Positions 6,469-15,658 of a stretch of 23,162 nucleotides of DNA are shown here, one piece after another. The position numbers were made by a program, and so were the translations under genes. Below the pieces are notes generated by a model. That model saw only the letters and a program-made list of their open reading frames with translations. It ran no database searches and was not told where the DNA came from. The DNA is from Promethearchaeati archaeon (GTDB lineage Archaea; Asgardarchaeota; Heimdallarchaeia; JABLTI01): the NCBI GenBank assembly GCA_013166835.1, contig JABLTI010000039.1:1-23162 (forward strand), read 5' to 3'. Every line of letters begins with the position of its first letter. Position 1 is the first letter of the stretch.

Positions 6469-8175
6469 TTATTTGATCATTTTCTGCAATTCTTTAAAGC
6501 TTAAGCAATTAAGGATATGTTTCTTCTCACACCAACTTCTTCGTGCGACATTGATTCCCCATTGCATGAAATTATAATCCTTGACATAATGAGCATCAGT
6601 TCCGATATAAATTAGTGCCTTCTCTTTCAAATCAAAAACCAGATGATCGTCAATATCTTGTCTATCAGGTTGAGCATTTATTTCCAGCCAAGTATTTGTT
6701 TGCGTGCATTTTTTAGCAATTTTCGAGAAATTTAAACCATAATCTGCTCTCTTACTAAACATTCTACCAGTTGGATGTCCTATAGCGTTTACGTATTCAT
6801 TATCTAAAGCAGTGAGTATTCTTTGAGTCATTTCTTCTTCAGGTAAATCGAAATGGGAATGAATGGAAGCAATTACAAAATCCATTTCCTTCAAGATTTC
6901 TTTTGAAACTTCTATTTCGCCTGTTTTTATTATATCAATTTCTAATCCATGGAGAACGTTAATTTCAACTTCTTCTACTAATTTTCCTAATTCCTTCTTT
7001 TGCTTTTGTAGTTTTTCTTCATCAAGAGGATTGTAAATTTTATTCTTACCGTAGTGATCTGTAATTGCTACATATTCCCATCCTTTTTGTTCTGCTCCTT
7101 TAATCATTTCTTCCAGAGTAGCTTTTCCATCAGAATAATTAGTGTGAGTATGCAAATCACCTTTTATATCCTCCATTGTGATTAATGCCGGTAATGCATT
7201 CTTCATTGCAGCTTCAATTTCTCCACGATCTTCACGTAATTCAGGAGGGATAAAACACATGCCTAGTCCTGCATACACATCTTCTTCGGTTTCACTTGCA
7301 AGAAGCTTACTTTTGTCTTTGTTATATAATCCATATTCATTTAGCAGCAATTCTTTTTTCTCAGCAAGAGTTCGGAGTTTTATCGTATGACTTCGAGCAC
7401 CGGTGGAATACAACAACCCAGCGCCATCTGATTCTTCTTCCAGAATACGCAAATCAACATTCATATTATTGAACAATTTGACAGTTGTTTTCAATTTTCC
7501 AGTGGCAATTACATCTATGACTTCTTCCATCTCTGTGAAATACTTCATAGCTTTCTCAAAATTCTCTGGTTTCCCAATTGCATGAAAATCTAAATCTCTC
7601 ACAGTAGATTTTCGTCTCCGAAAAGATCCCCCAATATCTACTTTTGTTAAGAGCTTTGATTGCATTAGCTTCTCTCTTAATCCATAAGCTATTTTTTCTA
7701 TTTTTGGTAAAGCTGTTCTTCCTCTTTTGAGGAATTTAATTGCTCTTTGTATTTTCTCTATTTTTCCTTCAGTAAAGCTGGATAATTTTGACAAGGCCCC
7801 AGTTTCAATCGCTTCTTCTAATCCGGCAATTGACTTAATTCCTAATTCCTGATATAATCTTCCAGCGGTTTTCCCTCCGATCCCTTCAACCCTCATTAAT
7901 GAAGTAACTTCTAACGGAACCTCTTGAGTGAGTTTTTGTAAATAGTAACTATCACCAGTTTTTACAATAACATCAATTTTAGTACTGATTGCATCACCAA
8001 TCCCGGGAATATCCTTTAGTTTTCCCTCTTCTACAAGGACACTGATGTCTTCTGTAACTAAATTAAGAGCTTCTACTGCTTTTCTATACGCTCTTATTTT
8101 GTAGACGCTTTCACCGATTATCTCAAGAATATCAGCAATCTGTTTTAGTTTTAAAATAACTAATTCATTCATCAT
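6469..8175 (-). CDS. polX: DNA polymerase X family protein with C-terminal PHP domain
   Basis: HhH motifs (IPGIG, VEGIGGKTA), GSFRR..TVRDLD, VDLR, FIPPELRE; PHP motifs DLHTHT.YSDG, ITDH, SIH, GHPTGR, GTDAH. Start likely ATG 8175 rather than GTG 8199. Confidence 0.95.
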   Translation of the reverse strand: MMNELVILKLKQIADILEIIGESVYKIRAYRKAVEALNLVTEDISVLVEEGKLKDIPGIGDAISTKIDVIVKTGDSYYLQKLTQEVPLEVTSLMRVEGIGGKTAGRLYQELGIKSIAGLEEAIETGALSKLSSFTEGKIEKIQRAIKFLKRGRTALPKIEKIAYGLREKLMQSKLLTKVDIGGSFRRRKSTVRDLDFHAIGKPENFEKAMKYFTEMEEVIDVIATGKLKTTVKLFNNMNVDLRILEEESDGAGLLYSTGARSHTIKLRTLAEKKELLLNEYGLYNKDKSKLLASETEEDVYAGLGMCFIPPELREDRGEIEAAMKNALPALITMEDIKGDLHTHTNYSDGKATLEEMIKGAEQKGWEYVAITDHYGKNKIYNPLDEEKLQKQKKELGKLVEEVEINVLHGLEIDIIKTGEIEVSKEILKEMDFVIASIHSHFDLPEEEMTQRILTALDNEYVNAIGHPTGRMFSKRADYGLNFSKIAKKCTQTNTWLEINAQPDRQDIDDHLVFDLKEKALIYIGTDAHYVKDYNFMQWGINVARRSWCEKKHILNCLSFKELQKMIK

Positions 8176-8328
8176 AGTTACCAGTCGCCTATTTAACACT
8201 CAATTCATTCTCGTTAGAATTTGTTTAAAAAGTAATAAAAATCTACTGATGTTCTAATTTCAGCTGGATTATTTAAATAAAAAGAAAATAAAAAATAGAT
8301 GAGATAAAGAAAGAAAGAAGCAAATAAT

Positions 8329-8559
8329 TTAATCTTGAACTTTTTTCTCCCAACTGGAAACAATTTTTACTAATCTTTGAATTTCGTTTATTTCTCCCTC
8401 AATATGAATTAGGACTTTTTGCCAGCTCCCATATTTCTTAATATCGACTTTATCATTACTGGAGGGTAAACCAAGCACAAAAACAACAGCATCCATATGA
8501 TTATTGAAATGTTTAACCTCATCTTTGTATTTTATTGAATATCTATCAACAGCAGTCAT
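8329..8559 (-). CDS. Small hypothetical protein (~76 aa)
   Basis: AGGTGAT SD before ATG 8559 (MTAVDRY...); protein-like composition; T-rich tract downstream on the minus strand. Confidence 0.6.
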   Translation of the reverse strand: MTAVDRYSIKYKDEVKHFNNHMDAVVFVLGLPSSNDKVDIKKYGSWQKVLIHIEGEINEIQRLVKIVSSWEKKVQD

Positions 8560-8745
8560 GGTAATTATCACCTTGTCTAAAGATAATATAATTCTATAGA
8601 GAATAACTTCACAATGTGTTTTATAGGCATTTTGGCAAGAACCAATATTCTGTTATCTTTTTACGGAATTGTTACTAAAAGCAGATAAATTCTTGAATGT
8701 GAATAATTATTCTTTTTTTGAATAAAGATATTAAGTAAGAATTAA

Positions 8746-9483
8746 ATGATGGGGTTAGGAAAATTGACTGAGACCGAAACTGAAACTATCTTGAGTCCAT
8801 ATCTCTCAGAAGAAGTTGTTCTAAAAAAGCGAACACCTTTTCATGCTCAGTGGGAGATTTTTAAGATTAGGTCTTGGAGATTCTTAACACATCATCCAGC
8901 TTGTAGTGAATACAAAAATCATTACTTCTCAATTGGACCTCTTAATCTTTGCATAGGTTGTTTTTCAATTTATTCTGCCATTTTATCTTACTTGGTGCTT
9001 TTTTTGACAGTTCCATCGGTTTTTCGCTTCAATCCCTATGTTATGTCAATTTTACCATTCGCTGGTTTTGGATTGGCAATTTTTCATCTAATATTTAAGG
9101 TCAAAAATAAATGGATTAAGTCTCTCTTTAGATTCTCAGCAGGTTTCGGGATAGCTGCTTATGGTGCTTTAGCGATAGCTACTTTTACAGAATTAAAAGA
9201 ATGGTGGTTAGGAATTATTTTACTTGTAATTCTATTCGCAGGAAATCAGCTTTATGGTATGAGTCGAGGTAGATCAGCTAACCGAAAAGAATGTTCGGAT
9301 TGTCCTTTACATAAAGCCAATCCACCGTGTCTGCCTGAAAAGAACACCAATATTAAAGTACGAAAAGTTTATGCAATAATAGAAGAAGAATTACAGAATC
9401 TTCAGGAAAAAAGAGAGAAGAAAAAAATTGAATCGGAACAAGAAGAACCGAAATCAGAAGAAGTTGTAACGGCAAAAACTTAA
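8746..9483 (+). CDS. Four-TM membrane protein with Cys/His clusters (loosely DUF2085-like), putative metal-binding
   Basis: HHPxC-x5-H-x9-CxxC before TM1; four hydrophobic segments; CxxCPxH-x5-C after TM4; charged tail. Confidence 0.75.
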   Translation: MMGLGKLTETETETILSPYLSEEVVLKKRTPFHAQWEIFKIRSWRFLTHHPACSEYKNHYFSIGPLNLCIGCFSIYSAILSYLVLFLTVPSVFRFNPYVMSILPFAGFGLAIFHLIFKVKNKWIKSLFRFSAGFGIAAYGALAIATFTELKEWWLGIILLVILFAGNQLYGMSRGRSANRKECSDCPLHKANPPCLPEKNTNIKVRKVYAIIEEELQNLQEKREKKKIESEQEEPKSEEVVTAKT

Positions 9484-9544
9484 TAATTGATGTTTTTCCT
9501 TTCATATTGTAACACAATAGTTACCAGGATATGAGGGTTATAAA

Positions 9545-10057
9545 TTGTCAGAGGAAGAAAAATTCCCAGAATATGAAGAAGAGGTTCCTTCTACACCGGA
9601 TGAAAAAGAACCAATTTTTGATCAGACTTATGCAGAAATGCAACCAGATAGTACAATAGAACCTGAAGTAATTGTTGATGAGGAAGCCAAGAAACGTAAA
9701 AGAAGAAGATGGATATTAATTAGTATTTTTGGCATTTTAACACCAATTCTTCTGATTGCTGGAGTATTAGTTTTTGTTGGATTAGCATTAGCTGGTGCAT
9801 TAGAATCATGTGCAGTGCAATGTTGTCAAAACTGTGCTACTTCTTGTTCTGAATCATGTGCAGCATCATGTGATGAATCCTGCAATAATTGTTGTAGTAA
9901 TGCATGTGAAAACTCCTGTAATTCTTGTTGTGAAAATTCCTGTAGTAGTACTTCTTGTTGTTCAAGTAGTGTTAGAAGAATAACAATGTTAGAAATACTA
10001 CAAAATGCAAAGAATCAGTTGATGTGGCTCATTTATCTTGTGTTTGGAATTCAATAG
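9545..10057 (+). CDS. Membrane protein with a CxxxC-repeat (17 Cys) segment
   Basis: Acidic N-terminus, KKRKRRR, long hydrophobic helix, Cys tract, hydrophobic C-terminus; GAGGGT SD before TTG. Confidence 0.8.
   Translation: MSEEEKFPEYEEEVPSTPDEKEPIFDQTYAEMQPDSTIEPEVIVDEEAKKRKRRRWILISIFGILTPILLIAGVLVFVGLALAGALESCAVQCCQNCATSCSESCAASCDESCNNCCSNACENSCNSCCENSCSSTSCCSSSVRRITMLEILQNAKNQLMWLIYLVFGIQ
9809..9961 (+). repeat. Degenerate 12-bp-period coding repeat (Cys every fourth codon)
   Basis: 12 Cys codons in exact 12-nt register; near-duplicates TGTGAAAACTCCTGTAAT / TGTGAAAATTCCTGTAGT. Confidence 0.8.
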
Positions 10058-10176
10058 TAAAAATGGAATTATCCTTTTTTTCTTTCTTTTATTACGGATG
10101 TTATAGTAGGAATAACTCTTTTTTTTAACAAAATAATAAGAAATGACATTGATTTAGTATTCATTATTAATATGGT

Positions 10177-10491
10177 TTGATGTCGATGTCAAAAGGTGTA
10201 GAGATAAAGCAAAAAGATCCCAAGAAGAAGAGAAGAAATAGAATACTAATAATTGTTTTTGCTGTGGTATTACCAATTGTGATAATACTTGTAGGTGGAA
10301 TTTTATTGCTTTTGATGGCGTTTGGTCTTGCTCAAGGTTTAGGTACTGCTTGTGGTAATGCTTGTGGCGATGCGTGTAGTGATAGTATTAGTAATTCCTG
10401 CAATAATTCAACCACAATTTCCTTTGGAGATGCTATTAGGAATCAATTGAATAATTTCAAATGGTTATTCTATACTGTATTCAAATTTTAA
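10177..10491 (+). CDS. Shorter paralog of the CxxxC-repeat membrane protein (4 Cys)
   Basis: Same layout: KKKRRNR, helix with central Pro, CGNACGDACSDSISNSC, NQL...WLFYTVF. Start may be 10180 or 10186. Confidence 0.78.
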   Translation: MMSMSKGVEIKQKDPKKKRRNRILIIVFAVVLPIVIILVGGILLLLMAFGLAQGLGTACGNACGDACSDSISNSCNNSTTISFGDAIRNQLNNFKWLFYTVFKF

Positions 10492-10493
10492 TT

Positions 10494-10530
10494 AGAAAAT
10501 GGTTTGAATTCATTTTCTTTTTATTTATTT
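10494..10530 (+). terminator. Hairpin plus T-rich tract after the second Cys-rich gene
   Basis: AGAAAATG (10494-10501) / CATTTTCT (10511-10518), then T-rich sequence; a similar weaker element follows the first paralog (10059-10090). Confidence 0.45.
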
Positions 10531-10627
10531 TAAAACGATGAGATTAGAAATAAGTCAGGTTTATTTAAGTTCGTCACAAAGTTAAATTAAGAAGCGGAAC
10601 ACACAAATAAAATGGAAGGGTAACAAG

Positions 10628-12328
10628 TTGTCAAAGTCTGCAAAAAAGATTGGATTCGTATTAGGGATTTCTAGAGATCAAGACACTATTATTGTACGTT
10701 TAGATGAAAATGTTGAGCATGAAGACATTGTAGAAGGAAGTTTTGTTAGTATCCCTCTAACGAATGGCAACACTATCATTGGACGTGTCAGTAACATTCG
10801 TGCTGAAAATCCTCAACTCAGTGATGAACGTTATGCAAAGTTTTGGATGGATAGGCTTAGACGATCCTTAGAATCACGTTCTATGTTGGAATTCACAGAG
10901 TTTCATGTTGTGGAAGTTGTTCTTGTTTCTAATATTTCAAATGATGGAGATCTCTCAACTCCAAATGCTTGGATTTCTCCAGGATCAATGGTTTTCGAAT
11001 GTAGAGACGACTTATTGGAATTAGCAGTATTTGGCAAAAAAAGGGGAGTAATGAGTATAGGATTATTCGCAGAACATTCAGGAGAAATAAATGTAAAATT
11101 AAATCCAAACATCCTAGGTTCTGATGGATTAGCAATTTTTGGTTCAAGAGGAAGTGGCAAATCCTATGCAGCAGGAGTGATAATTGAAGAACTCGCAGAA
11201 TTCGGACTACCAACTCTGATTGTTGATCCACATGGGGAGTATTGGGGACTTTCACACACCGCTGGACCGAAAGGCACTGCATCATTACCAAAATACTTCG
11301 TTCACGTGCTATATCCGAATAAATATCCTCCAAGATATTTTGAATTAATGAATAAACTAGCAAAGAAATTTGATGTAAATATCAAAATTGAACCTGTAAC
11401 TATGTTATTCTCAGAAATCAGCACTTCCGAAATGTTTGGTTTTATGTATGATTTAACATTTACTCAGAAAGAAAAAATAGAAAATACTTGGTATGCAATT
11501 AGGGATGCATTTGGCTCTGCAGTCTGCTACGATATTGATGGTTTCCTTGGTTTTGGTCTCGAGAATAATATCATTGATGGAGCTAGTCGTAGACCAATTA
11601 TTAGAAAGCTTGAAGTTTTTAGGAAGATGGGATTCTTCACTGAGTTAAGTGGTTCAATTTGCCATCTGTCAGGTTCAATCATACAAGAATATGATAGCAA
11701 TTACAAAAGAATTGAGACAAGTGAGAAAAGTAAGGATATGTCAACACTTGCAAGTGTTACAAGTCACTTTGGACCAGAAGTCATTACAATTCTAGATGTT
11801 AGTCAGCCTTTCTTGGATGAACGAGCTAGAAGAATCTTCGTCTCAAGTTACTTGAATCGTTTACGAAGGACTATGGAAAAGAAAGAAATCCAACGGGCAT
11901 TTCTCTTAATTGAAGAAGCACATCGATTTATCCCAATAGGAGAATCTCCAACAAAACGAGCAATAGAATGGTTCGCAAGAGAAGGAAGAAAAATGGGGGC
12001 AGGATTAGGGATTGTAAGTCAAAGACCAAGTGGTCTTGACCGAGATATTCTTTCTCAGTGCAATTCAAAATTAATTCTACGAATAACAGAACAATCAGAT
12101 CTCCTAGTTGCGAAGGATATTCTAGCAGGTTTTGCTGAAAGATATATTGGATTGCTTCCTTATCTCGAGCAAGGAACAGGTGTTTTATCTGGAGCTGCTC
12201 TGAGGATACCAATTTTAGTCACATTTCGAGAAAGAAAATCCTCTTCTAAGTACGGAGAAACAGTTTCTCTAGTAGCTCATCCTGAAGACAAAGTAAAATC
12301 TCGAGATGCAGAGAAGAAAAATTGGTAA
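10628..12328 (+). CDS. HerA/FtsK-superfamily ATPase (HerA-like, DUF87) with N-terminal HAS-barrel-like region
   Basis: Walker A GSRGSGKS, IVDPHGEY, Walker B LLIEEAHRF, arginine finger AREGRKMG, SQRPS, SQCNS. Confidence 0.9.
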   Translation: MSKSAKKIGFVLGISRDQDTIIVRLDENVEHEDIVEGSFVSIPLTNGNTIIGRVSNIRAENPQLSDERYAKFWMDRLRRSLESRSMLEFTEFHVVEVVLVSNISNDGDLSTPNAWISPGSMVFECRDDLLELAVFGKKRGVMSIGLFAEHSGEINVKLNPNILGSDGLAIFGSRGSGKSYAAGVIIEELAEFGLPTLIVDPHGEYWGLSHTAGPKGTASLPKYFVHVLYPNKYPPRYFELMNKLAKKFDVNIKIEPVTMLFSEISTSEMFGFMYDLTFTQKEKIENTWYAIRDAFGSAVCYDIDGFLGFGLENNIIDGASRRPIIRKLEVFRKMGFFTELSGSICHLSGSIIQEYDSNYKRIETSEKSKDMSTLASVTSHFGPEVITILDVSQPFLDERARRIFVSSYLNRLRRTMEKKEIQRAFLLIEEAHRFIPIGESPTKRAIEWFAREGRKMGAGLGIVSQRPSGLDRDILSQCNSKLILRITEQSDLLVAKDILAGFAERYIGLLPYLEQGTGVLSGAALRIPILVTFRERKSSSKYGETVSLVAHPEDKVKSRDAEKKNW

Positions 12329-12440
12329 AAATATATTATACAGTAATAACCCATAATAGTTAAACAAGAATAAAAAATCATATTTAAACTGGTTTGAGGA
12401 AGAAATATCTAACGAATAATGAACCAGTGGAAGAATTTTC

Positions 12441-13223
12441 ATGATAGTTGAATATCCCAAGAGTGACCATCATAAATTGATACCATTATTTTCTAATCAT
12501 AAATATCTGACAATTTTGATTAAAACGGTCTTAAAAGAAAGAGAAGGGGATATTTTTGTTGATAATGTTGAGGAACCAAATGTTGCTTTAATATCATACA
12601 AAGTCTATGAGGTTATAGGAGGAGATAGTAGTAATGAAATGGCATTGGATCTTTTGAAATGTGTTACTGAAAATCGGTTAATTCATTTCCCAGACTGTGA
12701 TTGGTACAAATTTGCTAAAGACAAACTCGTCTTAGCTCCCTATCCAAGAACCAAATTCTCATCTGAAAAATTATCTATTGAAAGAGCAGATGAAATACTC
12801 GAGAAAAAACTACCAGATGGGTATAAACTGCAGAAAGTCGACATTGATATTGTAAAAAAAATAAATCCAAAACTAGCCCCCGCTTTTCTTCCATTTTTTA
12901 AATCACAAGAGGATTTTGTTGAAAGGGGATTAGCATACTGTATTACTGAAAGTGATTTTATCATAAGTATAGCAGGATCAGCAATGCCAATTTATGATAA
13001 TGAATACGAATTACAAGCAATAACAGATCCAAATCCAATTTACAGACGAAAAGGTCTTGCTTCAGCAGCGGCTGCAACTCTAATAAAAGAAAGTCTTGAA
13101 AAAGGAATAACTCCTTATTGGGATGCAGACAATGAAATTTCAGCTAGATTTGCATTAAAACTTGGTTTCACTAAACCTGAAGCTTATGATGCTTATTTGT
13201 GTTCAAAGAATCCACTAAGATAG
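12441..13223 (+). CDS. GNAT family acetyltransferase (C-terminal GNAT domain)
   Basis: YRRKGLA acetyl-CoA motif; PYWDADNEISARFALKLGF. Confidence 0.85.
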   Translation: MIVEYPKSDHHKLIPLFSNHKYLTILIKTVLKEREGDIFVDNVEEPNVALISYKVYEVIGGDSSNEMALDLLKCVTENRLIHFPDCDWYKFAKDKLVLAPYPRTKFSSEKLSIERADEILEKKLPDGYKLQKVDIDIVKKINPKLAPAFLPFFKSQEDFVERGLAYCITESDFIISIAGSAMPIYDNEYELQAITDPNPIYRRKGLASAAAATLIKESLEKGITPYWDADNEISARFALKLGFTKPEAYDAYLCSKNPLR

Positions 13224-13232
13224 AGTTTTGAA

Positions 13233-14093
13233 TTAATCAAGTTTTAAGAATTCAGAAATGTCATTAAAAACTATTAATCGACTCTCTAGTAAATCATTGA
13301 AATTCTCGTGATAATTATCTTTGTAGTATTTTAATTTCATATTATCTTTATCTTTTAATTTATCAAATAATTTCAAAGAAAATTTACTACTGATTTCCAT
13401 ATCGTTACCTGGAATTAGGAATAATGTAGGAATTGATACTTGTTGGATACTTTTTATTGCTTGTTTTTGACAGGAGAACATCTCTCTTACCCAACGACCA
13501 GCGATTTTTGTAACATACAATGGATCATCTTCTCTTATATGAGCCATTTCTGAATCTCGAGCAAGTTCTTCTGGTTTCAAAAAACTAGGGGTTTTCATTT
13601 TGGGAATTAATGTTCCTAAGACCATTGCCAAAGGTTTTCTGAAAGGTGAAAGGAGATCCTTTGTTTTCAGTCTAAACGCAGGTGCAGATAGGATCAGTGA
13701 ATCAACTAATTCGGGATTTTCAGCAGCAACTATTGAATTAATTGTTCCTCCATTACTATGTCCTACTAGAAATATTTTCTTTGGTTTTACTTTTTCTTTT
13801 AAGAAATTTATGAATGAGATAGTATCTTTTACATAAATTTTGTAACTATCAATATAACCTCTCATTTTTTCATCACAATGACCAAAACTCCTCCTATCAT
13901 AGGCAAAGACTGGAAATCCTTTGTTTGCAAAAAATTCACCTAAATTCTGCATATTACTGCTGTGAACACATGCCCCATGAATACCTACAAAGATATAATT
14001 CTCTTTTACTTTGGTTGGTTTCCATGCACGATAAAATAATTTTAATCCATCATAAGAATCAAAATAATCAGTTTCCTCTACGAAATTACTCAT
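13233..14093 (-). CDS. Alpha/beta hydrolase, lysophospholipase / monoglyceride lipase family
   Basis: DGLKLFYRAW, IHG, GHSNGG nucleophile elbow, LSAP, catalytic Asp (GND) and His (YHE). Confidence 0.9.
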   Translation of the reverse strand: MSNFVEETDYFDSYDGLKLFYRAWKPTKVKENYIFVGIHGACVHSSNMQNLGEFFANKGFPVFAYDRRSFGHCDEKMRGYIDSYKIYVKDTISFINFLKEKVKPKKIFLVGHSNGGTINSIVAAENPELVDSLILSAPAFRLKTKDLLSPFRKPLAMVLGTLIPKMKTPSFLKPEELARDSEMAHIREDDPLYVTKIAGRWVREMFSCQKQAIKSIQQVSIPTLFLIPGNDMEISSKFSLKLFDKLKDKDNMKLKYYKDNYHENFNDLLESRLIVFNDISEFLKLD

Positions 14094-14266
14094 ATCATTA
14101 TCTCCGTTAGTAAAGAATAATTCAAAACATAAACTAAAACTATTTCCTTGTTTTTTTGAGCTTTGTGATAAAAATTACTTTATGAACCCACTTTTTCTCA
14201 CAAGTAATTCTTAAAAGGAAATTCATCCTTAGATTTGTATCTATTAATTACTACTGAGTGAAAACA

Positions 14267-15658
14267 ATGGCAATTCTAAAACCAGGTCAAAAAGCAGCAT
14301 ATGGCATATGTCGTTTTGGAACCAGTATATTCATGAGTGTAACAACTTTAGCAGCAATTTGGATTTATGATAATGTTTTCGGACTAGCAGGTTATCCTTA
14401 TTTGAATTCAGCTGCTGCAGCTGTTGGTAAAATAATAATTGCTTTTTCTAGCTTTATTTTTGGTTACATATCAGATATAATACCAGGAAATAAAGTAAAT
14501 AGAAGGAAATTTTTCATTTGGACAGGAGCACCAATATTAGCTCTGTCTTTTGTTATGATATTTATCCCGCATTTGTTTATCTCACCTGGCAGTACGTGGT
14601 TAGTTTTCGCTTGGTATTTAATATGGAATTCCATGTTTAACCTCTTTTATGGGTATCTTCTAACACCTTATCAATCATGGATGGCTGAAGTAACCACTGA
14701 AGATGATAGAGTTGGTGTCTCAGGTATTCAGAATTTCACAAACCTATTCGCTAACTTATTGGGTTTTGCTTTCGTCTTTATGATGCCATCATTACTTGGA
14801 CTAGAAGAAGGGGAAGCATTGTCAGGGACATCAAGTAAGATAATGATTGTTGCAATTGTAGCTTTTGCGGTTATTGAAGTTTTATTCTTCTTACCAGCAT
14901 TATTAATGATCAAGGAAAAAAGAATAGAAAGAAAACAAAGAAATATTCTGAGAGAATTCAAAGTAGTCCTAAAGAATCGGAATTATATCATTTGGTTTAT
15001 AGCTCAAGGAGTGTATTCAATGGGGCTAACGCTGATAACAGCTTTAGTACTGGATTTTGCTACGGACATCCTCATGTTTACCGATTTCATTCGAACAGTT
15101 GTTTTTGGATTACTGGTGTTTGGTACAATTATGGTTTGCTTTCTATTTTGGATACCAATCTCTAAGAGAATCGGGAAGAAATGGTCAATTATCATCAGTT
15201 TTCTATTCTTAGGAGCAGTACTTCCATTTTCATTAATCTTCAAAGTAATTACTATTGGAACATTAACCTTTGAATATATCGGATATTTATGGGCATTCCT
15301 TTTAGGTGCAGGATTGTCAGGACCATTCTTATTCCCATATGCAATAATTGCAGATATTGCTGACAAAGATGAGAGAGAAACAAAAGAATCCCGAGCTGGG
15401 ATGTATACTGGATTTAATTCCATTCCACTAAATATATTTCAAGCAATTGCATTACTACTTGTTGGATTTTTGAATAATGAGTTGTTTACGTTTAGACTCT
15501 ACCTTCTTGGACCTATTGCTGGTATTTTCATAGTTGCTTCAATATTCATTATTCTTCTAGGTAATTTCGATCCATTTATGAAGAAAAATGGAATGGAAAT
15601 TGTTGAATCGATTACTAAAGAATCAGTAGAAGATCAAATACAATCCAAAGGTGGTTGA
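14267..15658 (+). CDS. MFS transporter, glycoside-pentoside-hexuronide (MelB-like) type
   Basis: About 12 TM; FGYISD...RRK, PYQSWMAEVT...R, KRIGKK, IADIADKDE...RAGMYTG. ATG 14267 after GAGTGA preferred to GTG 14258. Confidence 0.88.
   Translation: MAILKPGQKAAYGICRFGTSIFMSVTTLAAIWIYDNVFGLAGYPYLNSAAAAVGKIIIAFSSFIFGYISDIIPGNKVNRRKFFIWTGAPILALSFVMIFIPHLFISPGSTWLVFAWYLIWNSMFNLFYGYLLTPYQSWMAEVTTEDDRVGVSGIQNFTNLFANLLGFAFVFMMPSLLGLEEGEALSGTSSKIMIVAIVAFAVIEVLFFLPALLMIKEKRIERKQRNILREFKVVLKNRNYIIWFIAQGVYSMGLTLITALVLDFATDILMFTDFIRTVVFGLLVFGTIMVCFLFWIPISKRIGKKWSIIISFLFLGAVLPFSLIFKVITIGTLTFEYIGYLWAFLLGAGLSGPFLFPYAIIADIADKDERETKESRAGMYTGFNSIPLNIFQAIALLLVGFLNNELFTFRLYLLGPIAGIFIVASIFIILLGNFDPFMKKNGMEIVESITKESVEDQIQSKGG

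Noticed and set aside
6232-6504. 90-aa + strand ORF over the structured element
   Set aside because: TTG start without SD lying upstream of the TATA box, overlap with the polX 3' end, no recognisable motif; base-pairing explains the region better.
9545-10491. RiPP precursor or c-type cytochrome call for the Cys-rich proteins
   Set aside because: No CxxCH motifs, no adjacent maturase, peptidase or exporter, and both have long membrane helices.
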